Virus record (IMG/VR): IMGVR_UViG_3300016471_001002 | Span: 32,001-96,000 of that record | Length of the DNA: 64,000 bases | Direction: 5' to 3' (one strand) | Origin: a virus | Lineage: Duplodnaviria > Caudoviricetes | Part shown: one piece after another, positions 20,473 to 29,610 of the stretch | Numbering within the stretch: position 1 is the stretch's first letter | Layout: each line of letters opens with the position of its first letter | Notes under the pieces: generated by a model | Seen by the model: the letters and a program-made list of their open reading frames with translations, nothing else | What the model was told of the DNA's origin: nothing | Databases searched by the model: none | Made by a program: the position numbers and the translations under genes

Positions 20473-23400
20473 ATGACATCTAGAAAATTAGAAGATATCT
20501 TTAAAAAAGACGGAACTGGACGATTACAAGATATTTACGCAGATTTTACTTCATCTGAAGACATTGCAATATCACAGTTTCAAAAAGAAAGTACAGCATT
20601 TACTGATACTAACTTTAAAACCTTGATCGATCTGCTGTTCCCTCGTCAACAAAGCGGATTTTATTCTGGAGATGAGTTGTGGAAACGTATAAAAGAGCTT
20701 ACTAATTCAGCTGACGACGTACAGAAAGATACTCTTACTAAATTTTTTGCAAAAAAAATTAGAATGTATTATTATTCTGGATACGAAGGAGTCTCTTCTG
20801 CAGAAGGAGAAATATTCGATTTTTATAAAAAAAATAGACCCTCTGCATATAATGCGTTTGTAGAAAAAGAATATAAGGAAGTTTCTACAGGATTAAGAGG
20901 TCTATTAAATGCATCAAAAAATCCTACTGAACGAGTTGAAACAAAGTTGAAATCTTCTTTGACTATGATTCTTGTTGACACTCCTTCTATTGATCTAAAA
21001 CTTAGAAATTCAGATATAGTTTCTACATTTATCAATTATATGCCTGGAATTATGGCATCACAATTAGTTCCATATTTAGACGTTAAGTTTTCGTTTGAAA
21101 GAAAAGGATCGACAGCAGATGAAAACAATAGGCCACAGTCTACTATGTCTCCATTGAAGTTTTTGATGGGTGCGGAACCAATTACTCCTCCAAGTTCTGA
21201 TGGAAGCGTTTCTGCAACTGCTTTGATCTATGACACTTACACGACAAATGTTGTCAAACGAGGTCTTACTCTTGATAAAGATGCATTTAAAAAGCAAATT
21301 GAACGATTATACAGTTTTCGTAAACCAGGTCAACCTGCAAAACAGTTTCCTGAGGTCAAAGATATTAAAGTTGAACAAACAAGTTCAAGCACTCAAACGA
21401 CGACGACTGGAATGGAAATGTTTTGTATGCCGCAAACATTAATTAATATGGATTATGATCAAGAAACCGTTCCACGGTATAATCCTGTTTTAAACGCAAC
21501 TCTTCCATTTGGAACAATACAATCTTTTAACGTTAATGTTACGTCAGCGGGGCATGGAGTTATTTCTTATAAAACCGCAACATTAACTTTGAAAATATTT
21601 GATAGATCACGATTAGTAGAAATTGCTGACTTTTTAAATCCAAAATTATATGGTCAAGCGTTATTGTGGATAACGTATGGGTGGAGGGCACCATCTCAGC
21701 CTATTGGCGGTGAGGATAGAAATTCATATCTAGCGATGATTAATGAACATATGCTGAAAAAAGAAGCCTATGGAATAGTCAATAGCTCGATTTCTATAGG
21801 CGATGATGGAACTGCAAGTGTGACATTAAGCTTAGCTATGAAATTTGCGCAAGAATTATCTCGAATAACTCCTAATGTTGGATCAGAAGTTTTTAATGCA
21901 GAACAGCAAGATTTAGAAACTAAAATGATTAATGTAAAAAAGCTAGCTGAAAAATTAGGATTAGGAGGATCTGGTGCAGCGGATATTCGTGGGTCAACAA
22001 TTATTAATGCAGCATTAGGTGGATCTTTTCCAACAGGAGATGCAAAAACCATTAAAAGCGAATTTGGCGTAATTGAGAGAGCTTTAGAAAAAAACACCAG
22101 TCCAGACGCGCAAGAGTTTTTAAAGTCTGCAAAAGCTCTTTATGCTATTGCAGACAGCGCATCTAAATCTAGCGCAACTTCAAGATTAGAAGGAGCTGCA
22201 AATGTTGTCGCTACGAACAGATTCGACGTTTTAAAAAAAGGAAAAGATTATGATATGTGGTCAATCATATCTTCTGCAGGTGAAGCAAATAAATTCAAAA
22301 GCGACGATGACCCACAGGTTGTTCATCCTTTGACAAATATGCATAAATTATTGTCAGAGAGAAAAATAACAAAAGCAGGGGGAAAAATAGTAGATTCTTT
22401 TGGCGATGTTTCTTTTGCTAGATTATTTGCGACGTATTTTTCCAGCGCAGCAACGACCATCGGAGGCGAAGACGCTCCAATTGATGAATATCAAGTCATA
22501 TTTTATAACTTTAATGAGCTTGCTGGAACTGTTGCAAGCGTTAATATCGGAGAGTTTCCAATTGATATCGATTCATTACAGAATTTATATGCAGAGAAAG
22601 TTGTTAAACAAAAGGGAGAAAATATGACTCTCTTAAACTTTTTAGAAATTGTTAGAGAATCGCAATTTGGAAATCAACGTCACAAGGCTTACGGATTTAG
22701 CGACTTATACGATGAAAAAGGAAATTTAAAAACAGATCATACAGATGAATTATTAAAAAGGCAGATTCAAAATCAAGGACTGGGATCTTCTTTCGTATTG
22801 CCAGCAATAGATTTTTATGTTGAAACATCAAATTATTCTTCCAATAATGCAGTTCAAGATTTGTTAACAACTTTTGAAGTAGGTTCCGTGATATCATCTA
22901 AAGGAATTAAACCAGATGGTTACAAAAAAATTGTTAGAATTCACATCTATGATAAAGCTTCAATTCCTCACAAGGCTGCATATGATATTTTAACGAATGA
23001 TGGAGCATATGTTGAAGTCGATACAAAATGGCAACAAACATATAGAGCTAAACAACAAGAATTAATTAAAAAAATTAATGAAATAAAAGACCAAAAGATA
23101 AAAAAGGATGCTTTAGAAGATTTTGAAAAAACAGTAAAAGAACAGACGAGTTCAGATCAAATAAAAATTGAAAAAGATCAAGTTACCATCGCAGGAATCT
23201 CCGCAACAGCAAGATCTATTTCTTTTGCAGACAAGAATGGCAAAGCTCGTTTTGATTTAGTGAAAAGAGAAATTTCAAGATTTACGCCGACGATAACGGT
23301 GGGAACAAACGGAACGACGATCAAAAGCGTCAATTATGGATCAGAGCAAGACGCAAAGATATCCACAATTATGATGTTAAGAAATAGATCTGAAACTCAA

Positions 23401-23772
23401 AACCCATCTCTTCCAAATGGGTCAGCCCCCGGTGATCTTCCGCTAAGAGTCATACCAGGTTCATTATCCATCACAACGATGGGTTGTCCCTTGTTCGATT
23501 ATATGCAACAATTTTTTATTGATCTAGGAACTGGAACGACGATAGATAATTTATACAACATAACCAATTTATCTCATACATTAACCCCAGGATCATTCAC
23601 TTCAGATATAAAGTTTACATTTGCTGATGCATATGGAAAGTATGAAAGCCCGCAAAATTATGCAACACAAATGTCCGCTCTCGCGCAAAGAATTGCAAAT
23701 AGAGCGAAAGAATCTGAAACAATACAAAAAAGAAATGGTCCACCTACAAAACCAGCTGCCCCGAAGAAATAA
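20473..23772 (+). CDS. Probable baseplate hub protein (gp27/gpD-like C-terminus)
   Basis: 1099 aa after the LysM gene; C-terminal SITTMGCP..DNLYNITNLSHTLTPGSFTS. Confidence 0.45.
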   Translation: MTSRKLEDIFKKDGTGRLQDIYADFTSSEDIAISQFQKESTAFTDTNFKTLIDLLFPRQQSGFYSGDELWKRIKELTNSADDVQKDTLTKFFAKKIRMYYYSGYEGVSSAEGEIFDFYKKNRPSAYNAFVEKEYKEVSTGLRGLLNASKNPTERVETKLKSSLTMILVDTPSIDLKLRNSDIVSTFINYMPGIMASQLVPYLDVKFSFERKGSTADENNRPQSTMSPLKFLMGAEPITPPSSDGSVSATALIYDTYTTNVVKRGLTLDKDAFKKQIERLYSFRKPGQPAKQFPEVKDIKVEQTSSSTQTTTTGMEMFCMPQTLINMDYDQETVPRYNPVLNATLPFGTIQSFNVNVTSAGHGVISYKTATLTLKIFDRSRLVEIADFLNPKLYGQALLWITYGWRAPSQPIGGEDRNSYLAMINEHMLKKEAYGIVNSSISIGDDGTASVTLSLAMKFAQELSRITPNVGSEVFNAEQQDLETKMINVKKLAEKLGLGGSGAADIRGSTIINAALGGSFPTGDAKTIKSEFGVIERALEKNTSPDAQEFLKSAKALYAIADSASKSSATSRLEGAANVVATNRFDVLKKGKDYDMWSIISSAGEANKFKSDDDPQVVHPLTNMHKLLSERKITKAGGKIVDSFGDVSFARLFATYFSSAATTIGGEDAPIDEYQVIFYNFNELAGTVASVNIGEFPIDIDSLQNLYAEKVVKQKGENMTLLNFLEIVRESQFGNQRHKAYGFSDLYDEKGNLKTDHTDELLKRQIQNQGLGSSFVLPAIDFYVETSNYSSNNAVQDLLTTFEVGSVISSKGIKPDGYKKIVRIHIYDKASIPHKAAYDILTNDGAYVEVDTKWQQTYRAKQQELIKKINEIKDQKIKKDALEDFEKTVKEQTSSDQIKIEKDQVTIAGISATARSISFADKNGKARFDLVKREISRFTPTITVGTNGTTIKSVNYGSEQDAKISTIMMLRNRSETQNPSLPNGSAPGDLPLRVIPGSLSITTMGCPLFDYMQQFFIDLGTGTTIDNLYNITNLSHTLTPGSFTSDIKFTFADAYGKYESPQNYATQMSALAQRIANRAKESETIQKRNGPPTKPAAPKK

Positions 23773-23802
23773 TGATGATGGATTTTTGATCATGTAAAAG
23801 TT

Positions 23803-25020
23803 TTGATGATATTGATACCATGTAAGCTGATGGATATCACAATAACATCTGATTTGCTGGGATCCAAGAAAAATTTATCGTTGTCGCACGACGGCGTTTC
23901 ATGGGTAGAAAAAATCCAAAATGATTTTTGGTGTCTATCCGGCGAAATCAAACAAGATCATAATTTTTGCCTGGATACAGTGAGCCGGTTGAATCACATG
24001 CCAGCACCTCCAACGGTTCATGAAAAATATAAAAAATCCATGCAGTCTTTAATGCAAGGATCTCCTCCTTGGTCGATGATTCTTCCTAAACAAGAATATA
24101 AAAAGTTTTTTGATGACGTTGTCAATTATTCTAAAGAATTAAAAAACGTAGAAATAGATTACTATCTTAACACGTGGGTACCTGGAAATAAGATTTTAAA
24201 CATGATTAAACCAGCCAAGACAGACGCTGGAAAAATCAATGACATCGTTTCGTCTTCTGCGGTAAATTCTCATGTCGTTGAAACGTTTCGTCCACGCTCA
24301 GGTGGATATGCATTTCCAGTAACATATGATCGATTTGGAACTGTTACAGGTCGTCTTGTTGTTTCGTCAGGCCCTAGCATTCTTTTGTTGAAGAAAAGCT
24401 ACAGAAACATTTTAAAGCCATCATTTCCTGAAGGAAAGATAGTGTCATTGGATTTTTCTTCTTTGGAAGCAAGAATCTTGTTGTATGAATCAGGAAATGA
24501 TTGTCCTGAATCAGATTTGTATCAAATGCTTTCAAATAAATTCGGTGGAATGTCAAGAGAGATGGTAAAAGCTGCAGTTCTTGCTGTTCTATATGGATCT
24601 TCAAAATCTGCCATCGCTCTTCATTTAGGGACATCTGAAGAGAAGATTGCAAAATTAATCCTTCAAATCGAAGATTATATCAGTACAAAGTCTTTATTAA
24701 AAAGATTAAAACAAGAACACAAAACGACAGGATTCATAAAAAATAGATTTGGAAGAAAAATCCCAGTTGATCGAACGCAAGATAACATATTCATCAACTA
24801 TTATGCTCAAAGTACCGGCGTTGATGTATCTTTAATGGGATTTTCAAAGATCATGGATTGTTTAGGAGTCGAAGGCGTGAGACCTATATTTGTTCTTCAC
24901 GACGCTTTGATTCTTGATGTCCACCCAGACAGACTTGCTGATGTATCCAACGTTTCAAAAATAAATGTTCATGGGTATGATCAGGAGTTTCCAATAAAAT
25001 TCGAAGAAATTTCGATGTAA
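23803..25020 (+). CDS. Family A DNA polymerase catalytic core, lacking exonuclease domains
   Basis: Motif A LDFSSLEARIL, motif B REMVKAAVLAVLYG, NYYAQSTGVD, motif C LHDALIL; YDRFGTVTGRL. Confidence 0.8.
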   Translation: MMILIPCKLMDITITSDLLGSKKNLSLSHDGVSWVEKIQNDFWCLSGEIKQDHNFCLDTVSRLNHMPAPPTVHEKYKKSMQSLMQGSPPWSMILPKQEYKKFFDDVVNYSKELKNVEIDYYLNTWVPGNKILNMIKPAKTDAGKINDIVSSSAVNSHVVETFRPRSGGYAFPVTYDRFGTVTGRLVVSSGPSILLLKKSYRNILKPSFPEGKIVSLDFSSLEARILLYESGNDCPESDLYQMLSNKFGGMSREMVKAAVLAVLYGSSKSAIALHLGTSEEKIAKLILQIEDYISTKSLLKRLKQEHKTTGFIKNRFGRKIPVDRTQDNIFINYYAQSTGVDVSLMGFSKIMDCLGVEGVRPIFVLHDALILDVHPDRLADVSNVSKINVHGYDQEFPIKFEEISM

Positions 25021-25024
25021 AAAC

Positions 25025-25053
25025 TTGTACAGAAAATTAAAAAGAATTACGAT
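25025..25053 (+). promoter_or_regulatory. Sigma70-like early promoter TTGTAC-N17-TACGAT (near-leaderless)
   Basis: Exact 17-nt spacing; ATG 8 nt after the -10 with no SD. Confidence 0.6.
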
Positions 25054-25061
25054 GTGTCATT

Positions 25062-25091
25062 ATGTCATTAACCCCTGAAGATATTGCATAA
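25062..25091 (+). pseudogene. Orphaned 5' end of the HD-domain gene (MSLTPEDIA-stop)
   Basis: LTPEDIA is repeated at 26046-26066 with synonymous changes. Confidence 0.7.
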
Positions 25092-25102
25092 TTTTTTCTT
25101 GA

Positions 25103-25125
25103 CAGGATAGATATATCCTGGAGGA
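25103..25125 (+). promoter_or_regulatory. Hairpin abutting/overlapping the SD of the GIY-YIG endonuclease
   Basis: caggata-gata-tatcctg, last base shared with GGAGGA. Confidence 0.5.
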
Positions 25126-25135
25126 TTAGTCCATC

Positions 25136-26056
25136 ATGTCAAACGTTGATTATGTTGTTTATTGTTATAGTTGCCATTGTTGTGAGTGTCAAGGTAAAGA
25201 TGTTTATGTTGGCAAGTCCAAATACGGTGTTGATAAACGTCATGCAGGTCACTTAAAACGGGTTAAAGCAATTGTTGAAGGCAGATCAAATAAAAAAGAT
25301 CTTAAGATTGATTATTTGATTGCTAGACATGGTGTTGATAATTGCAAAATAAGAATGCTTCAACGTTGCTCCTCAGAAGAGGAAATGAATCAACGTGAAG
25401 TCGATTTAATTGTTGAGCATAAAACCAATATTAAGTTTGGAGGTATGAACTTTGATATTGGTGGCAAAGGAGGTCGTCCAAAAGGAGTTTATGTTACATC
25501 AGCTGAAACAAAAGAAAAGATAAGTGTAGCAACAAGAGCTTATTACGATAATCGTGTGTATACTGAAGAAGAAAGAAAGCTGTTATCCGAGAGGTCGAAA
25601 AAGATTTACCAGAATGATCCGAACTTAGCAAGTCGTAGAGCAAAAAATAGCTGGTTGAAAATGAAATCAAAAGCGGAGGTCGATGAAGAATATAGAGAAA
25701 ATCTCCAGAAATTAATGACTACCAAGGCTAAATTGGGCGGCGAAGCTTTTCTTGAACGTTTATCTTCAGACCCTAACTTTAGGGAAGAATATTCTGAAAA
25801 AATAAGTAATGCAGTTTCATCATGGTGCAAGGATAATCCAGATAAAGTTGCTAATAGAGCTCAAAAAATAGCTCAGGCTCGTGTTGAAAATGGTACATGG
25901 ATTTCGTCTGTAAGAGAAGCAAATTCAAAAGTCACACAAGAAGAGCGAATTTCACATGCAAAAAAAGGTTGGGAGACGAGAAAGAAAAATGCCTTGAACA
26001 AATTAAGCAATACAGATGATATTAATTTAAATGAAGCAAAAACAACTGACTCCTGA
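25136..26056 (+). CDS. GIY-YIG (Seg-like) homing endonuclease
   Basis: YVVYCY..VYVGKS..KRHAGH, EMNQREVDLI, GMNFDIGGKGG, NUMOD3-like SAETKEKIS. Confidence 0.8.
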   Translation: MSNVDYVVYCYSCHCCECQGKDVYVGKSKYGVDKRHAGHLKRVKAIVEGRSNKKDLKIDYLIARHGVDNCKIRMLQRCSSEEEMNQREVDLIVEHKTNIKFGGMNFDIGGKGGRPKGVYVTSAETKEKISVATRAYYDNRVYTEEERKLLSERSKKIYQNDPNLASRRAKNSWLKMKSKAEVDEEYRENLQKLMTTKAKLGGEAFLERLSSDPNFREEYSEKISNAVSSWCKDNPDKVANRAQKIAQARVENGTWISSVREANSKVTQEERISHAKKGWETRKKNALNKLSNTDDINLNEAKTTDS

Positions 26057-26657
26057 AGACATTGCTGCCAATTTTGATAAATTTAGATCATTGTGCGAAA
26101 AGCTTGGGGATCGATCACAGGCCACGTTAAATCTCGTAGACCATTTAGGAGAACGTTTGGCAATTTGTCCTGCTTCGTCTAGGGTTGATTTTCATAATTG
26201 CATGGTTGGCGGATTAGTTGATCATTCACTCCGAGTCCTTTCAAACGCGATGAAGCTCATGAAAGCATTCGGCTGGGAAGTTCCTAAGGATTCTCTCATC
26301 ATCGGTTGTCTCTTCCACGATATCGGCAAGGTAGGTCTGGCAAATGACGATGGGTCAATTACAGATTACTATGTTCCTCAAGATTCTGATTGGCATCGCG
26401 AAAAATTAGGGGAGTTTTATAAACACAATAAGGACATGCAATACATGTCTACACCCCAGCGTAGTGTTCATATGTGTCAGGCTTTTGGTCTTAAATTAAA
26501 AACAGATGAATATCTTTCCATCCTTCTCAACGATGGATTTGTTCTAGATGAAAATAAGCCTTATTGTTTGAAGACGAGTCCATTGGTTTTTGCGGTGATG
26601 ACAGCTGACTATATTTCTACAATGCAGGAAAAAGTCGGTGGTGTCTGGATTCCATGA
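26031..26657 (+). CDS. HD-domain phosphohydrolase
   Basis: FH..GGLVDHSLRV and CLFHDIGK motifs. Confidence 0.8.
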   Translation: MKQKQLTPEDIAANFDKFRSLCEKLGDRSQATLNLVDHLGERLAICPASSRVDFHNCMVGGLVDHSLRVLSNAMKLMKAFGWEVPKDSLIIGCLFHDIGKVGLANDDGSITDYYVPQDSDWHREKLGEFYKHNKDMQYMSTPQRSVHMCQAFGLKLKTDEYLSILLNDGFVLDENKPYCLKTSPLVFAVMTADYISTMQEKVGGVWIP

Positions 26658-26659
26658 CG

Positions 26660-26666
26660 ATATTTA
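26660..26666 (+). promoter_or_regulatory. Putative late promoter ATATTTA
   Basis: ATANTTA 6 nt before ATG 26673. Confidence 0.5.
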
Positions 26667-26672
26667 ATCTTC

Positions 26673-26933
26673 ATGAACAAAGAGTTTCGTGACTACATTA
26701 GGATGCTTGTGTCTGAAGTTTTAGCAGAAAACCCTAGTGTGTCTTCACGACTCGTTTCTTCTGAAGAAACAAAAAAGGATTCGGAAATGGATGAGGAAGA
26801 TAAGCTTGATGAGTTCAGCGGCGTGGGCGCCATCGCTGGTTATGCATTGCCTCTTGGTATGACTCCTGATTTCCCAATTTCAGGGTCGAAGAAGCGTAAG
26901 AAGGGCAAGCGCAAGAATCCAAGTTGGGCGTGA
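26673..26933 (+). CDS. Small hypothetical protein, probable head-internal protein
   Basis: Late motif upstream; KLDE followed by FSGVGAIAGY; basic C-terminus. Confidence 0.6.
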   Translation: MNKEFRDYIRMLVSEVLAENPSVSSRLVSSEETKKDSEMDEEDKLDEFSGVGAIAGYALPLGMTPDFPISGSKKRKKGKRKNPSWA

Positions 26934-26979
26934 ATAAAAGCGTTGAACACAAAATAAGGTTTGTGGTAGGGTAACCATT

Positions 26980-27048
26980 ACCTGCAATCAAGCAGGGAAA
27001 GTATTCCTGCCACAGGTACGGAATCGGAAAAGGAAAAGGAAAAATATT
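26980..27048 (+). promoter_or_regulatory. Structured then purine-rich 5' leader of the SSB gene
   Basis: cctgc/gcagg/cctgc alternative stems, acctg..caggt outer pairing, three GGAAAA repeats. Confidence 0.45.
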
Positions 27049-27885
27049 ATGGCAATCGATCTAGAAGCAATCAAGCGACGTGTAGCAGAGCTTAGCGGTG
27101 TAAAGAAGACTTCAGCTGTCCAACTTTGGAAGCCTAGTCTAGGAGAACACAAGGTAAGATGTCTTCCGTGGAAGAATTCACCAGACGGTCAACCATTTGC
27201 TGAGCGATGGTTCTATTATATCGGTGAGAATGCAGGTATTTTGGCACCAAATCAATTCGGTAAGCCAGATCCAATCAACGATTTGATCCGTAAGCTTTAT
27301 AGCAGTGGCAAGCCAGACGATCGTGTTCTTGCCAAGAAGCTTGCACCAAAGATGCGATGCTATGCCCCTGTTGTCGTCCGCGGTGAGGAAGATAAGGGCG
27401 TTCAAGTTTGGGCATTTGGTAAGCTTGTTTATCAACGCATGTTGGGATTCTTCCTTGATGAGGAGGTTGGCGACATCCTTTCGCCAACTGAAGGTTTTGA
27501 TCTTAAGGTTTCAATCACGAAGCAGCCAGGTAAGCAATTTAACGATACGACGGTTGATCCCGCACGCAGGCCATCAAAGCTTCATGAGGATTCAAAGACG
27601 ATGGAGCAATGGCTAAATTCAATTCCAAATATCGATGACATGTATCGTCTTAAGTCGACTCAAGAAATTGAAACGGTTCTTAATAATTGGTTGAACGGTG
27701 GGTCAACTGCTGATGCAACACCTGAAATGTCCAGAGGAGTTGCAACGACGGATGCGCTAGATGACCTCGTCGCTGAGGTTAAGTCATCTGACACCAAGAC
27801 AGCCGCCAAGAAGCCGAAGAAAGAAGATGATGGAAAAAAGCAATCTCTTGATGATGCATTTGCAGACTTGATGAATGATGATTGA
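27049..27885 (+). CDS. Single-stranded DNA-binding protein (T4 gp32-like)
   Basis: LWKP..HKVRCLPW, FGKPDPI, VQVWAFGK, EGFDLKV, acidic tail DDAFADLMNDD. Confidence 0.85.
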   Translation: MAIDLEAIKRRVAELSGVKKTSAVQLWKPSLGEHKVRCLPWKNSPDGQPFAERWFYYIGENAGILAPNQFGKPDPINDLIRKLYSSGKPDDRVLAKKLAPKMRCYAPVVVRGEEDKGVQVWAFGKLVYQRMLGFFLDEEVGDILSPTEGFDLKVSITKQPGKQFNDTTVDPARRPSKLHEDSKTMEQWLNSIPNIDDMYRLKSTQEIETVLNNWLNGGSTADATPEMSRGVATTDALDDLVAEVKSSDTKTAAKKPKKEDDGKKQSLDDAFADLMNDD

Positions 27886-27974
27886 TCTAGAGATTTAGAA
27901 CGCAAACGCCAGGAATCAACAAGGTTTCTGGCGTTTGTACTATCTACGCGTTTAAGGAGATAATAACAAGACAT

Positions 27975-29168
27975 ATGGCAAAGAATAGATTAGAAGAAAC
28001 GACTACGCATAAGAAGAGCGACGTTGACAATATGATGAAGGAATTAATTTCTTCTATCAATAAAGAATATGGAACTCGCATCGCATATAACTTGTCAGAA
28101 ATGGATGCTCCTACGGTTGTAAAAAGGTGGATCGACACAGGTTCTATTCAATTGAACTATGCGATTCGTAATGAACTCGGTGGAGGATATCCAGAAGGTA
28201 GAATTATTGAGATTTCTGGATTACCTTCTTCAGGCAAGTCTCATCTAGCTTATCATGCTGCAGCAGTTGCTCAAAAGATGGGAGGGTTAGTCGTTTATAT
28301 CGATACAGAAAATGCTACGCCTGTGCAAAAGCTGTCTGACATGGGAATTGACGTTCGTAAACGATTTGTCTACTGCGATTCTCACTGCACTGAAGAGGTC
28401 TTTTCTATCATCGAGTCTACAATTCTTAAGGCAAAGCAAGTTTTAGAAAAGAACATTCCCATTCTGGTTATTTGGGATTCTGTCGCAGCTACTTCACCAA
28501 AGGCAGAACTCGATGGTGAATATGAACAAAACTCTATCGGCCTTCAGGCTCGAGCTATCTCCAAGGGTATGCGTAAGATTACCGGCGTCATTGGTCAGAA
28601 CAATGTAACCTTATTGTGCCTCAATCAAATTCGCGATAATATCGGAGTACTTCACGGGGATCCTCTAACAACACCGGGAGGACGTGCAATTCCCTTCCAC
28701 TCTTCGGTTCGAATTCGCCTTGGAAGTGGAAATCAAGTCAAGGATAAGAACGGCATGCCAATCGGTATCCATACAACGGTTACAATTAAGAAGAACAAAG
28801 TTGCTCCGCCTTTCCGTAAGTGTGAATTTGACATCATCTTCGGTAAAGGTATCGTTGAGGATGAATATCTCTTTGATGAAGTTCGATCCCACTGCAAGGA
28901 GTCAGGTCCGGTAAAGAGAAGAGGACACGCAATCAATATCTCTGGAGAAGGTGCATGGAAAGAATTGAGCGTTGTCAATGAAAAGACGGGTGAAGTTGTG
29001 GTAGAAAAGAAGTTCTATAAGTCTGAATTTGGAAACTTAATGAGAGATGATATTCACGGGCCATTTATCATGGAAGCAATCGATTCAGCTTTGACGTTGA
29101 CTTCAGGACCGGCAACCCCAACAGAGGGTGATGATAACGTTTCAGACGACGGAGGATCAGATGAGTGA
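27975..29168 (+). CDS. recA: RecA/UvsX recombinase
   Basis: GRIIEISGLPSSGKS (Walker A), YIDTENA, WDSVAA, CLNQIR, TPGGRAIPFHSSVRI, KNKVAPPF. Confidence 0.93.
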   Translation: MAKNRLEETTTHKKSDVDNMMKELISSINKEYGTRIAYNLSEMDAPTVVKRWIDTGSIQLNYAIRNELGGGYPEGRIIEISGLPSSGKSHLAYHAAAVAQKMGGLVVYIDTENATPVQKLSDMGIDVRKRFVYCDSHCTEEVFSIIESTILKAKQVLEKNIPILVIWDSVAATSPKAELDGEYEQNSIGLQARAISKGMRKITGVIGQNNVTLLCLNQIRDNIGVLHGDPLTTPGGRAIPFHSSVRIRLGSGNQVKDKNGMPIGIHTTVTIKKNKVAPPFRKCEFDIIFGKGIVEDEYLFDEVRSHCKESGPVKRRGHAINISGEGAWKELSVVNEKTGEVVVEKKFYKSEFGNLMRDDIHGPFIMEAIDSALTLTSGPATPTEGDDNVSDDGGSDE

Positions 29169-29610
29169 AAGACCAACCAATCCAATTTGGGTCAAAGTTC
29201 TAACTGATGATGATTCATTAATTCCAGCATATCAGACTCAAGGATCTGCTGCATGTGATCTAAAGTCTACCGATGAAGTCACACTCCCGCCAGGATCTAG
29301 AACAATCATTGGAACTGGTGTCAAACTAGAAATTCCTCGAGGGTTTGGAGCAATGGTATGTTCTAGATCTGGAATGGCAGCCAAGAATGGTATTCAAGTT
29401 CTTAATGCTCCAGGGATCATTGATACCGACTACCGCGGCGAGGTAAAGGTAATTCTTTATAACGCAGGTAAGGAAGAATTTATTATTAAAAAAGGAGATA
29501 GGGTTGCACAACTTCTATTTTTTCCAATTTTTCAAGCAATCTTTCAAAAGGCTACAGAAGTTTCAGAGACCGTTCGAGGTGAAGGCGGATTTGGAAGCAC
29601 TGGAGTTTGA
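29161..29610 (+). CDS. dut: Trimeric dUTPase
   Basis: AACDL, RSG, PGIIDTDYRGE, RVAQL, RGEGGFGSTG; ATG 29161 preferred to 29128. Confidence 0.95.
   Translation: MSERPTNPIWVKVLTDDDSLIPAYQTQGSAACDLKSTDEVTLPPGSRTIIGTGVKLEIPRGFGAMVCSRSGMAAKNGIQVLNAPGIIDTDYRGEVKVILYNAGKEEFIIKKGDRVAQLLFFPIFQAIFQKATEVSETVRGEGGFGSTGV

Noticed and set aside
1-23772. Bacterial extracellular contractile injection system or T6SS locus
   Set aside because: The tail genes are contiguous with phage-type replication genes, homing endonucleases and late promoters; no host housekeeping context.
25089-26066. Group I intron or long ribosomal hop across the GIY-YIG gene
   Set aside because: Only about 45 nt lie outside the ORF, leaving no room for a catalytic core. 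978 nt is implausible for bypassing, and a replacement start exists at 26031.
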